A stretch of 63,704 nucleotides of DNA, filler included, from Octopus bimaculoides (taxonomy: Eukaryota), in the NCBI RefSeq assembly GCF_001194135.2. It is 6 parts of 5 records of this genome, joined end to end, with 100 filler letters (N's around TTAATTAATTAA, not from the genome) between each part and the next. Parts side by side here need not be neighbours in the genome. Positions count along the whole stretch, not along the records: positions 37,947 to 51,930 come from NC_068981.1; positions 52,031 to 60,623 come from NC_068990.1; positions 60,724 to 63,704 come from NW_026319629.1; 3 more parts are not named here. One strand, given 5' to 3'. The position numbers were made by a program, and so were the translations under genes. Each line of letters begins with the position of its first letter. Position 1 is the first letter of the stretch. This document shows positions 51,128 through 63,576 of the stretch, piece after piece. Under the pieces are notes generated by a model. That model searched no databases. It was not told where the DNA came from and worked only from the letters and a program-made list of their open reading frames with translations.

Positions 51128-51930
51128 TATATATATATATATATATATCAATTAGAAAATGGAGGATAATATACTGAACCCAACGACTTGTATCCCGTTG
51201 AATTCATTAACTTAATTTGTAACTAAAGTGACAAAAAACCACAAGGTACAAGTGTTTGTGACAAACCATGTTATATTGACAACCGGGTTTATAAATAAAA
51301 GTACATAAGGAATTTGAGAATAAACATTAACTTAATCTTACAGCTGTTTCGGCCTAGTTTGGCATGCCCCATTCTTTCTGAATAGTTCCTGCCGATTTTT
51401 ATTTTTAATTTCGTTTTTGTTTTTGTTTCTATTTCACTTTTGTTTTTATCTCTTACTGTATATTTGTATGGAATTCTTTGTGAATCTCTGAAGAGGCCTA
51501 GCGAATCGTGCATGTACCCCCATTTCAGCATTTCATCCGCTAATTACTCCGGCATGACCGATAACCAAATCCAGTGGCTAGCCTTTTCCACTGTAATTTG
51601 GATATCGGTCATGGTGGTATTTACCTTACGATGAGTTAGGCCTAACGATAACAACAATCGCCTCACACAGATATATGTACATATATTAATATTTGTTCTT
51701 ATGATCAATTATAATTTTAAAAAATTACATTAATCTGAAGGATCACCCCATTCATTTGTAGAGTGCAAATTTATTATTCTTTAACACGAATAGTATAATG
51801 ACAGTGACTTCAAAGTTTCAGCCAGTTAAACCATCGTCAGATTGAGGATAGCTTACCAAGCCGAAACTTCGAAAGTCATTGTCAATACTCTTCTTGTGAA
51901 TGAAAAATATATGTGTGTGTGTGCGTGTAT

Positions 51931-52030
51931 NNNNNNNNNNNNNNNNNNNNNNNNNNNNNNNNNNNNNNNNNNNNTTAATTAATTAANNNNNNNNNNNNNN
52001 NNNNNNNNNNNNNNNNNNNNNNNNNNNNNN
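51931..52030. other. Artificial scaffold linker N44-TTAATTAATTAA-N44
   Basis: Identical 100-bp design. Confidence 0.95.
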
Positions 52031-52299
52031 TATGTATGTATGTATGTATGTTGATATAACTTACGACGGTAATGTTTACAAAGCGTGGGAATTGACTCGA
52101 GAAACGACGTAACACAAAAAAACTATTTAACAACATTTTTTTAGCTTACGTCAGTTTAAATAACCGGTTTGTCTATATTTTCACACGCATTTTGTCAGAT
52201 TTTCAGCTTTATTATTAGTTGTTTGGTGTTCTTTAAGGTTTTGTACTTTTAAATATATTAGCCGATACCGACGTGAAGTCTCTCTCTCTATATATATAT

Positions 52300-52459
52300 G
52301 TTTACGACACCGTAACTTAGGGGGTCGGTAAAATAGGCCGATAGAATAAGTATTAGGCTTACAAAGAATGATTCCTGGGGTCGATTTGTTCGACTAAAAA
52401 GGCGGTTCTCCAGCATGGCCGCAGTCAAATGATTGAAACAAATAAAAGAGTAAAAGAAA

Positions 52460-52460
<1 letters not shown>
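52300..52460 (+). mobile_element. SINE family B 3' half
   Basis: cgtaacttagggggtcgg...aggcggttctccagcatggccgcagtcaaatgattgaaacaaataaaagag. Confidence 0.8.
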
Positions 52461-52500
<40 letters not shown>

Positions 52501-52583
52501 TACATATATACGTAAATATATGTACATATACACACATATGTGTATGTGTGTGTATATATATGTGTGTGTATACATATATACGT

Positions 52584-52619
<36 letters not shown>

Positions 52620-53371
52620 GGTGAAGATAAGAGCAGGAGAGATGATAAGGTTATACATACATACATACATATATACATACATACACACACACATATGTAT
52701 GTATATGTGATATATATGATATATCCCTCTCTCGAAGCAATATATTCCTTATTCTAAACACCAATTACCATCACTAACAACTACATGACAAGCATCGCCG
52801 CCGCAATCAAATGAAAGTAAACAGGTTTTATAGGCACCTTGCCAAGTCAGGTTTGGTTTTGGCCTGACGTTTTCCTAGTGTCGGGTTTGGCGTTGGTCTG
52901 GTGTGGTCTGGCAAAACCAGATACCACGTTTCTAGGCAACCATCTTGCTTACAACTCCTTTCTACTTTACCCGTCATCTCTGTTGTATTTAGACTAACGT
53001 AACGTAGTCATTTATTTAGCCATTAATCTGTTTATTCATCCATCCATGAAATGTAACCGTCTGTCATTCACAATATCTATTTGGCCATCCGTATCATCAC
53101 TCATCGTTCTGCAAATATATATGACCATTATTCCTGAGTATCAATTCCACCACAATCATTATCTCTAGCAACATTTACCGATTGCCCCGAACAAAGGGGT
53201 ATTGTTGTTGTCCATGTGTTGTTGTTTAGCCCCAAGTCAGCTGTGTTTGAGTAGACAGATGACCAATAGGGTTCATCTTGATTTCTAGGTTCTCAGTTTT
53301 AATGCGACTATTTTAAGACATTGTAGAGTGTCGACTACAGGAATTTGACTACAGGATTATATTCATCTATT

Positions 53372-53492
53372 CTTGTACTTGTTTCAGCCATTTGACTCCG
53401 GTTATGCTGGAGCACCCCTTAAAAAATTTCTAGTCGAAGAAATCGACCTCAGGTCATTACGTAAACACAGACACACACATACATACATATAT

Positions 53493-53532
<40 letters not shown>

Positions 53533-53706
53533 ATACACACGCATATATGCGCGACTAGCTTCTTTCAGCTTCCATCTACCAAATCCACTCTCACGGTTTT
53601 GGTCGTCTCGAGGCTGAAACAGAAGACAAGATACCACTTACTGGGACTGAACACGGAACCATGTGCTTGGGAAGCAAGCTCCTTATCATACAGCCATGCC
53701 TGCACC
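53372..53706 (-). mobile_element. SINE family B with internal microsatellite
   Basis: On the reverse complement, the head ggtgcaggcatggctgtatgataaggagcttgcttcccaagc is followed by (TG)n and then the tail. Confidence 0.75.
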
Positions 53707-54244
53707 AATATACATACATACATACATACATACATACATACATACATACAAACATACATACGTATTCATGTAATATAATTTTCTGGTATATATTTCATTT
53801 CAGTATTTGTTAAACACTGTCTTCGTGACAACAAGAAAGAATTCAATGAGACGCGGAAACATATACGAATCCTAAATCTAGAACTTAATTTTGTCTTCAG
53901 TATGCATTCTGTTTCTTTTTTTCTAATATGCATTCTGTTTCTCTTTTTCTCAAACGCAAACACGCACATATATCAACACAATCACCCACATATTTTTCAA
54001 ATTCCGTTGATATGTTAAAAATAGCAACATTCGAGAGCACGACTCAGGGGAAATAGTTAACTCCAACGTTTAATTCTTAATGCTCTCTAGCGATGTTGAC
54101 ATTTAATAGTCATCAAGCTGTTGTAGACAAATAAACATCAATAAAATATCAGTTGTAACCAACATCAAGAATGAGAAACTCGGAGTAACATTAACGTCAA
54201 ATGAAGAAAACTAAGATTTAATTGGTACTATTAAACCAAGGCTT

Positions 54245-54440
54245 CAAGCTCGCAGGATCCTTACCGCGTCAAACGAAATGACTGGCGGCATTTCTTCCGA
54301 CTCTCTAGAGTCTGAATTCAAATTCCACCGAGGTCGACTTTGCCTTTCATCCTTTTGTGGTCTATGAAATATGTACCAGTTAAGAACTGGGGTCAATGTA
54401 GTCGACCAGCTTCCTACTGCAAAATTATGGACCGTGTGCT
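54245..54440 (+). mobile_element. SINE family A (diverged)
   Basis: ctgaattcaaattccaccgaggtcgactttgcctttcatcc...taccagttaagaactggggtcaatgtagtcgac. Confidence 0.75.
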
Positions 54441-54663
54441 AGCTGGCTCCGTGCCGTCAAAAATGACAGCTAATTGTAGTATTTTGTATATGAATATGGA
54501 TAGTAAATCAAATTAATACACTTGTCAATGTTATCTAGTGGTTGTCTTCTGAGATGTGACATCGATAATCGTTTGTTAGTGAATGAACGCTGTTTCACAC
54601 ATGCAAACATTCACATAATTCCCTTGTACATGCACACACATACACACATATACTTACACAGAA

Positions 54664-54969
54664 TTGAAACGCCATTTGGCGTATCTTTTCAGCGTCGAAT
54701 GTTTTCCATTCAAGGAAATTTATGACGGAAGCGAGCAGTTTGAAGTTGCTCGAAGAAATGAAGAAAAGTTGATCAGTGATGCTGAAAGAGGTGCGGACGT
54801 GATATTTCTAGGAAATATGGGTGAACAAAATGAGTTGATATGCAGTGTATGTGGGAGAATCTATTTCAGTAGAGCGCGACTTCAAAGCCACGAAAGAAGC
54901 TGTGGACAAAGTGTTGACTTGGATTGTGCCATGCACTACATAAAAACATGTAAATACAATTTCGCATAA
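54664..54969 (+). pseudogene. Open frame with an RTE-LINE-type C-terminal C2HC zinc finger
   Basis: EIYDGSEQFEVARR...LICSVCGRIYFSRARLQSHERSC has CX2CX12HX3C spacing and resembles the G..FE..R...CxxCGRxCxSRxGLxSHxRxC terminus of RTE ORFs. Confidence 0.55.
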
Positions 54970-55157
54970 AGCTCCAGAGTGTATTTGAAGGACACAAAGA
55001 AAAATGGCGAATTATACATCGTTATTAATTGTTTACAACATAAAAGATACCATCAAGTGTTTCTGTTATGCAAATGTCTTAGAATTCTTAGATAGCTTAT
55101 TTTCTGTTCATTAACCTATTCATATCAGATAGTTTATAGCATTATGTAGATCAGAAA

Positions 55158-55530
55158 GTGGAGGCGCAATGGCCCAGTGGATAGGGCAGCGAACTCGCGG
55201 TTTCGATTCCCAGACCGTGCGTTGTGAGTGTTTATTGAGCGAAAACACCTAAAGCTCCACGAGGCTCCGGCAGGGAATGGTGGCGAACCATGCTGTACTC
55301 TTTCACCACAACTTTCTCTCACTCTTTCTTCCTGTTTCTGTTGTGCATGTAATTCAAAGGGCCAGCCTTGTCACACTGTGTCACGCTGAATATCCCTAAG
55401 AACTACGTTAAGGGTACACGTTTCTGTGGAGTGCTCAGCCACTTGCAAGTTAATTTTACGAGCAGGCTGTTCCGTTGATCGGATCAACTGGAACCCTCGA
55501 CGTAGCAAGTGACGGAGTGCCAACAACGTT
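55158..55530 (+). mobile_element. SINE family C copy 3, full length with 31-bp TSD
   Basis: Same body as 13344-13726, with a short deletion in the head between tcgcggt repeats. Flanked by 29/31-identical direct repeats at 55127-55157 and 55531-55561. Confidence 0.93.
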
Positions 55531-56382
55531 AGATGGTTTATAGTATTATGTAGATCAGAAAAACACAAGTTTTGCCGATGGGCTGGGGGCTAAAATTGGC
55601 ACATCAAAGTGTATGATGACCTACAAGTGGGTCAGTAACTTGTGTTGTTAGGGGCGAACATATATGTAACATCTGTGTCACAAAAGGTGGGTCACTTACC
55701 TGAAACGTTACACCCGAACTGCTCACACATGAGATAGATTCTGAAATGCTTCAAGCAATGACTAATGCCTTTACTCGAGAACGAGGAAACGGCCATCATG
55801 CATGCATGCATTTATGTATGTATGTATATATGCATGTATGTATGTATGTATGTATGTATGTATGTATGTACGTATGTATGTATGTACGCGCGAGTGCGTG
55901 TATGTGTATGTATGTGTGCACGTACGTATGAACAAAGCATGATCAAACACGCGCTCCTGTATCATATGTACTTACGCACACGTCTATATAGCTATTCTTT
56001 TAATTATATAAGTTTGTAAAGATACAAAGCAGACTTACATACACTCTATTTCACTACGCGTGCATTTACATCGCCGCCACGCCAGAGGTAATGAACTGAG
56101 ACAATGCTAATGTAGACATACACCTGATCATATATATATATATATATATATATGCTGGTGCACCAGCAACTGGTGGATAGGTGTTACGAATTGATATAAC
56201 TGTATGCGTGTCATGTGCACGAAAAACATGTCTGTGTGGAGAATATATGAATAGTTGAAACCGTTTCCTCTATTTCACGTTGCTTCTCTTTAAAAATACT
56301 CTTTCAATTCTGCAACCACCCTCTAAAACAATGAATTTAACGGCACAGAGGTTATTATAAATGCACAGCCATTGTATGTATG

Positions 56383-56416
<34 letters not shown>

Positions 56417-57769
56417 TGTATGTATGTATGTATGTATGTATATGCTCACAGACGCACGCACACACAGACACACACACATATACATGTATATATATAAAGT
56501 AACATAAGTATATATATGTATATACAATATATAACTACACATACGCACACACACTCACACACACACATATATATATATATGCACACACACATATATATGA
56601 TAATATATGTATATGTATATATATGTATGTATTTAGAATTATATATTGTATATGCATATATATACATGTTATATTATTTTATTATGTATATATGTGAATA
56701 TATATTTATGTATATATATATATATTTATATTTATATNNNNNNNNNNNNNNNNNNNNNNNNNNNNNNNNNNNNNNNNNNNNNNNNNNNNNNNNNNNNNNN
56801 NNNNNNNNNNNNNNNNNNNNNNNNNNNNNNNNNNNNNNNNNNNNNNNNNNNNNNNNNNNNNNNNNNNNNNNNNNNNNNNNNNNNNNNNNNNNNNNNNNNN
56901 GAATATATTATTTTGCTTAAAAGAGTTCCAACACTGTCTGTTTTTTATGTTTTATTTATATTCCTGCTGAACTAATGTGGGGTATAGAATATGGAATATA
57001 CAATATATAATATAATATACAATATATAATATAAAATAAAATAAAAATGGATGGCACCATGAAATAAAGTATTGAATGTAGATGAAATATTGAGTGTTCA
57101 ATATAAAGGATCAAATATATAAATATATAAATATAAATATATATATATAAAGGCGACTCGAGTTTCAGGGCTATTTCCCTTCGTCATGGCCGGTAATGCG
57201 TTTGTGTATATATATTCATACGTACACACGCGCCCTCACTCTCACACACGTAAAGCCTGCGTCGACGTTCGTCGTTTCGTGATCGATAAATATGTACTTA
57301 TAGCCGGTGGGAGGTGTGATGTAACGTATACTTTAGAAGCTATTGTCGCAGTGTAGTATAATATATATGCATTCATTTATGTGTGTATGTATGAGTTTAT
57401 AATAGATATATTCGTATAATGCATATATACATAGCGACATATGTATATACTATACGTATATACATGTATTTCTGTATTTCTATATGTACTTATATATATA
57501 TGTATATGTATGTTTGTGTGTATATATATCTATACATGTGTGTGTGTCTGTGTATATATCATATATATACATGTGTGAAAATTATATACATGTATATAAA
57601 GAAACATACATATATATAAGTTTAGCACAAACATATTTTCACGCTCGAAATATGCATACATATGTGTCTATATATGTATATACACACATATATTCATACA
57701 TATCCTGTTGTACCTATATAATTCAGTTAACTTTTAAAGGAGTATTAGTCCAAGTCCACATTACTACAT

Positions 57770-58839
57770 AGGGGAAATCCATTTAATACCTAACAGAAAT
57801 TTGCAATTTCATGGACAGGCTTTCGAGTCTTTTACAATTACTTTCTATTTTATTTTTTTACTTGTCATTCGTGTCATAAAGCATTCCTTTCATTGCTCTT
57901 TCCATGTAAGAGTACCGATCTTATATCGGGTCCAGGAAAATCGTCCTTATTTTGAGCTGCAGTTTTCCGAAACAACATTATCAGTTCATTCGTTGTGAGC
58001 CGACTGAATGAGGCGTACATCTCACAGGTGCCTCAAAGAAGCAAGAATACGTGATTCCGGAAATCCTGATCTCGATGATCTGTAGTTATTAATGAAGACG
58101 TCGTTACTTTAAGGCAGCTCAGTCCACGTACATACAAGCAGCCTAAATTTAGCCTATATCTTAGAGATATATGTAGTACATCAAGCAGAAACCCCTGGAT
58201 CTGGACGACAATGTTCTGTCAATACTTAGTTTCTGAATTAAACTGCTCTAGAATAAGCAAATCATTTGAACACTTCGAATATAAGATAGTTTCACAAAAT
58301 AGGAAAAGTGTCTGAACTTGGTCAATGGCTTCTACATCGTTCAATTGTTTCTCAGTTTAATCAATGAGTTGCATAGACTGGTTACCTAACCTTTTCTAGG
58401 TTAAAATCATCAAAAGTGATTATAAGACTTCCTATAACCATATCCAGCAAAGGTGACAATGGTTAGTATCCAGTGTAAGAGGAGAATCCATCGCAAAACA
58501 AGGCTACACTCCCCCAAAATTATGTTCTCTCTTCGGTGTGATATGAGTGGTGTCGTCCGCCATGTAGTGTTAAACCAACCCAAAGCAGCTAATGCGAAAT
58601 ATTGTCAACTGGAAGCATTGCGCAAAAATTTGCAGATAAACAGCCCATTATTGGTCAATCGTAAAAGAATGTTGCCTTACAAAAAAATACAAGAATACAT
58701 ATTACTCAAGTGGTTCGGGGGGGAAAAAAAAACATAGCACTAAATATGGAAGTTTCGCTTCATTATACTTAATCTCCTAACCTTGCTTTATAGCACGATC
58801 ATCTTTTCAAATCATTGCAATATTTATTTGAAAGGGAAA
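57770..58839 (+). mobile_element. Old, heavily degenerate mariner (cecropia-like) running into a gap
   Basis: Fragments DSGNPDLDD, GKVSELGQWLLH (WVPHE-like), RLHSPKIMFSLRCDMSGVVRH...YCQLEALRKNLQINSPLLVNRKRML, and LNMEVSLHYT*SPNLAL*HDHLFKSLQ (YSPDLAP region). Confidence 0.8.
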
Positions 58840-59869
58840 NNNNNNNNNNNNNNNNNNNNNNNNNNNNNNNNNNNNNNNNNNNNNNNNNNNNNNNNNNNNN
58901 NNNNNNNNNNNNNNNNNNNNNNNNNNNNNNNNNNNNNNNNNNNNNNNNNNNNNNNNNNNNNNNNNNNNNNNNNNNNNNNNNNNNNNNNNNNNNNNNNNNN
59001 NNNNNNNNNNNNNNNNNNNNNNNNNNNNNNNNNNNNNNNNNNNNNNNNNNNNNNNNNNNNNNNNNNNNNNNNNNNNNNNNNNNNNNNNNNNNNNNNNNNN
59101 NNNNNNNNNNNNNNNNNNNNNNNNNNNNNNNNNNNNNNNNNNNNNNNNNNNNNNNNNNNNNNNNNNNNNNNNNNNNNNNNNNNNNNNNNNNNNNNNNNNN
59201 NNNNNNNNNNNNNNNNNNNNNNNNNNNNNNNNNNNNNNNNNNNNNNNNNNNNNNNNNNNNNNNNNNNNNNNNNNNNNNNNNNNNNNNNNNNNNNNNNNNN
59301 NNNNNNNNNNNNNNNNNNNNNNNNNNNNNNNNNNNNNNNNNNNNNNNNNNNNNNNNNNNNNNNNNNNNNNNNNNNNNNNNNNNNNNNNNNNNNNNNNNNN
59401 NNNNNNNNNNNNNNNNNNNNNNNNNNNNNNNNNNNNNATATATATATATATATATATATATATAAATGGATGTGCATGCACATATATGTAAATGCGTGTA
59501 TGTATATATTTTGTATGTATCGATGCATGTTGAACGTGCATTTACGTTTGTGTGTATGTAACAATCAAGATTTCACAACTATAGCAAGCACTATTACTCC
59601 CGGAACAACTGCTCAGAATAAATTTCATAGCTATTATATAATAAAAGAATAGATAATGCACCCGCTTCACACCCTGCACCTCACCACCTGCGTCACTTCA
59701 TGATTGCAGCACAGTTGCAGTTCTGTCACAGTTGCACTGAACTATCGCTGTCTCTTAACTAGCATGACTAATCAGCATCCACCCGTATTCTACCCGCTGT
59801 GTACAATAATCCGCCTCAGTGATGAGGAAACACGTCACTCTATACCCTTCCACTCTCGTGAATCTTTTC

Positions 59870-60000
59870 TTCACTTTCTCCTTCTCTTCTTTCTTCCAGC
59901 TTCCCCTCTTCCTCTTCATCTTCTACCTCCTCCCCCCTCCTCCCCCTTCCTCCTCCAATTCCTCTTGTTCATCAGCCTCATCCTCTCTTTCCTCTTATCC
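59870..60000. repeat. Polypyrimidine (CCT/CTT)-rich tract
   Basis: Directly visible; G-rich on the minus strand. Confidence 0.85.
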
Positions 60001-60623
60001 GTATGCTGTCATACGATTGGTTGATATCTAGATCGGTCAGATATAGTGAGACAGACTGGGAAAACAACTATCAGACTGAATGCATGTATATATATATGTA
60101 TGTATATATGTGTATGTATATATATATATGTAGTATGATGATTATGTATGTATACATATGTGTGTGTGTGTGTGTGCGTGTGTGTGTGTTCATATTATAT
60201 ACACCACACAGGCACACACACAGACACAAACGCGCGCGCTAAAATGAAACAAAATGATCTAAAAGAAATTACTCAGAGTAGCCAGTGGCATGTGTGTTTC
60301 AACAACAAAGACGCATAACTGTATATTACCATGCCAGATAAATTAATGATTTATTGGAACCATTTTCGCTCCAAGAGAAGGCAGACCAGCCACCTAATGG
60401 TAATTGGTACCAACTTCAAATGAGAAGAGGAGATAATCTCAGAAGGAAGAATATTTCAAAATTGACATACCATTAAGTGGAACACAATACACACCTATAT
60501 ACATAGGCACATTCGTAAATGCATAGACATATTCATACATACATGCATTACATAATCACACGCATATAAAAATGCATATATACACGTATATACATATGTA
60601 TATATATATATATATATATATAT

Positions 60624-60723
60624 NNNNNNNNNNNNNNNNNNNNNNNNNNNNNNNNNNNNNNNNNNNNTTAATTAATTAANNNNNNNNNNNNNNNNNNNNN
60701 NNNNNNNNNNNNNNNNNNNNNNN
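60624..60723. other. Artificial scaffold linker N44-TTAATTAATTAA-N44
   Basis: Identical 100-bp design. Confidence 0.95.
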
Positions 60724-60819
60724 AGACAAAAAGAAAGAAAAAAGAATCACTGAGGTTTAGTGAATGGTTTGACCTACTTTCTTATTCTTTCCTCGTTTTA
60801 TTTTAGATTGCTTTCTTAG

Positions 60820-61750
60820 AGTGGTGAACTGACAGAATCGTTAGCACGCCGGGCGAAATGCTTAGCAGTATTTCGTCTGCCGTTACGTTCTGAGTTCAAA
60901 TTCCGCCGAGGTCGACTTTGCCTTTCATCCTTTCGGGTTGATAAATTAAGTACCAGTTACGCACTGGGGTCGATGTAATTGACTTAATCCCTTTGTCTGT
61001 CCTTGTTTGTCCCCTCTATTGTTTAGACCCTTGTGGGCAATAAAGAAATAAGAAACGTTAGCACGCCAATTCGTAGCATTTATTCCGGTTTTACGTTTTG
61101 ATTTCAAATCCAACCTAGATTGACTTTGTTTTTCATTCCTTTCGAAGTCGATGAAATAAGTATCAATCGATCACTGGGGTTGATCTAATCGGCCTACCCT
61201 TCCCTGAAATTGCTCGCCTTTTGCCCCCACCCTCTAAAAACAATTCAGGCCTCGTTCCTCTAGTAGAAATTATCATTATTATTATTATCATTATTATTAA
61301 GGCTGCGAGCTGGTAGAGTCGTTAGCGAGCCAGGTGAAATGCTAAGCGGTATGCTTAGCGGTGGTTTCCCCATTGCTACGTTCTGAGTTCAAATTTCACC
61401 AAGACCGACTTTATCTTTCATCATTTCGGTGGTCGATGGAATTAGTACCAGTCACGCACTGGGGGTCGATGTAATCGCCTTAATCCGTTCCCCCAAATTT
61501 GAAGCCTTGTGCTTCCAGTAGAAAGGATTTTTAAGGCGGTGAGCAGACAGAATCGTTAGCATGCGGAGCGAAATGTTTAGTAGTATTTCGCCCATCGCTA
61601 CTTTTCGAGTTCAAATTCCACCAAGGTTGACTTTGCCTTACATCCTTTCGGTGTCGATAAATTAAGTACCAGTGATACACTGGGGTCGATGTAATCGACT
61701 AGGCCCCTTCCCCAAATTTCAGGCCTTGTGCCTCGAGTAGAAAAGATTAT
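60820..61750 (+). mobile_element. Head-to-tail array of four to five SINE family A copies
   Basis: Copies start near 60820, 61055, 61300 and 61533. All are on the plus strand with tail types 1 and 2, ending in (ATT)n. Confidence 0.88.
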
Positions 61751-61791
61751 TATTATCATTATTATTAATATTATTATTATTATTATTATCA

Positions 61792-61831
<40 letters not shown>

Positions 61832-61848
61832 CATTATTATTATTATTA

Positions 61849-61897
<49 letters not shown>

Positions 61898-61900
61898 GAT
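61745..61900. repeat. (ATT)n array extending a SINE A tail
   Basis: Begins at the gtagaaaagattatt SINE terminus. Confidence 0.9.
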
Positions 61901-63107
61901 TGGGAAGGTTAGGGTAGAGAAAGTCGAAAGAGGACAGCAATGGAATCAGAGTTCAGAGTTCGTATCCCACCGATGCGACTATNNNNNNNNNNNNNNNNNN
62001 NNNNNNNNNNNNNNNNNNNNNNNNNNNNNNNNNNNNNNNNNNNNNNNNNNNNNNNNNNNNNNNNNNNNNNNNNNNNNNNNNNNNNNNNNNNNNNNNNNNN
62101 NNNNNNNNNNNNNNNNNNNNNNNNNNNNNNNNNNNNNNNNNNNNNNNNNNNNNNNNNNNNNNNNNNNNNNNNNNNNNNNNNNNNNNNNNNNNNNNNNNNN
62201 NNNNNNNNNNNNNNNNNNNNNNNNNNNNNNNNNNNNNNNNNNNNNNNNNNNNNNNNNNNNNNNNNNNNNNNNNNNNNNNNNNNNNNNNNNNNNNNNNNNN
62301 NNNNNNNNNNNNNNNNNNNNNNNNNNNNNNNNNNNNNNNNNNNNNNNNNNNNNNNNNNNNNNNNNNNNNNNNNNNNNNNNNNNNNNNNNNNNNNNNNNNN
62401 NNNNNNNNNNNNNNNNNNNNNNNNNNNNNNNNNNNNNNNNNNNNNNNNNNNNNNNNNNNNNNNNNNNNNNNNNNNNNNNNNNNNNNNNNNNNNNNNNNNN
62501 NNNNNNNNNNNNNNNNNNNNNNNNNNNNNNNNNNNNNNNNNNNNNNNNNNNNNNNNNNNNNNNNNNNNNNNNNNNNNNNNNNNNNNNNNNNNNNNNNNNN
62601 NNNNNNNNNNNNNNNNNNNNNNNNNNNNNNNNNNNNNNNNNNNNNNNNNNNNNNNNNATATATATATATATATATATATAGATATGTATATAGATATATA
62701 TGAAAGAGAGAAAGAAAAAGAAAAATTACGAAATAACAATAAGGATAAAAATTAAAAAAATTAAAGATAAATAAACAAAGAAAAGCAGAAAAAAAGAAAA
62801 TAACGATAAAAGAGAGGAAGAGTGAAAGCGTGGGGGAGAGAAAATAAGAGGGAGAAAAATTGAATAAATAAATTATATAAAATATGAAAAAAAAACTGAA
62901 AAATTAAGGTCAAAATTGCCAGGCGGGCAAACGCGGTGTACTTCACGTTTTAAAATTTTAATTAATTCCTCCTAAATTGAATTAGTCTGTCTGGAAACAT
63001 TATCAAAATGATTAATTAACCCTACATGTGTATATACATATATACGAACATACATACATGCATGCATACATACATACATATATGATCACATATATATAGA
63101 TACATAC

Positions 63108-63154
<47 letters not shown>

Positions 63155-63295
63155 CATATACATACACACACACGTATAGATACATGCACACAAACGCACA
63201 CACACACATATATATATACACATATATATATGTAGAAATGTGTGTGTATAAACTATATAAGCATAAATATATATGCATTTACATATATATATATA

Positions 63296-63342
<47 letters not shown>

Positions 63343-63576
63343 NNNNNNNNNNTATGTATATACATGTATACACATATATATGTACATATATATATATATA
63401 TATATGTATATACATATATATATGCATATATATACGTTATAATTACACACACACACACAGACACACATATATATACACACATACAGATAGATATGTAGAA
63501 ATGTGTATAAACTATGTTAACATGAATATATATACATTTACATATGCATATATATGTACGTAAGTATATATATATA

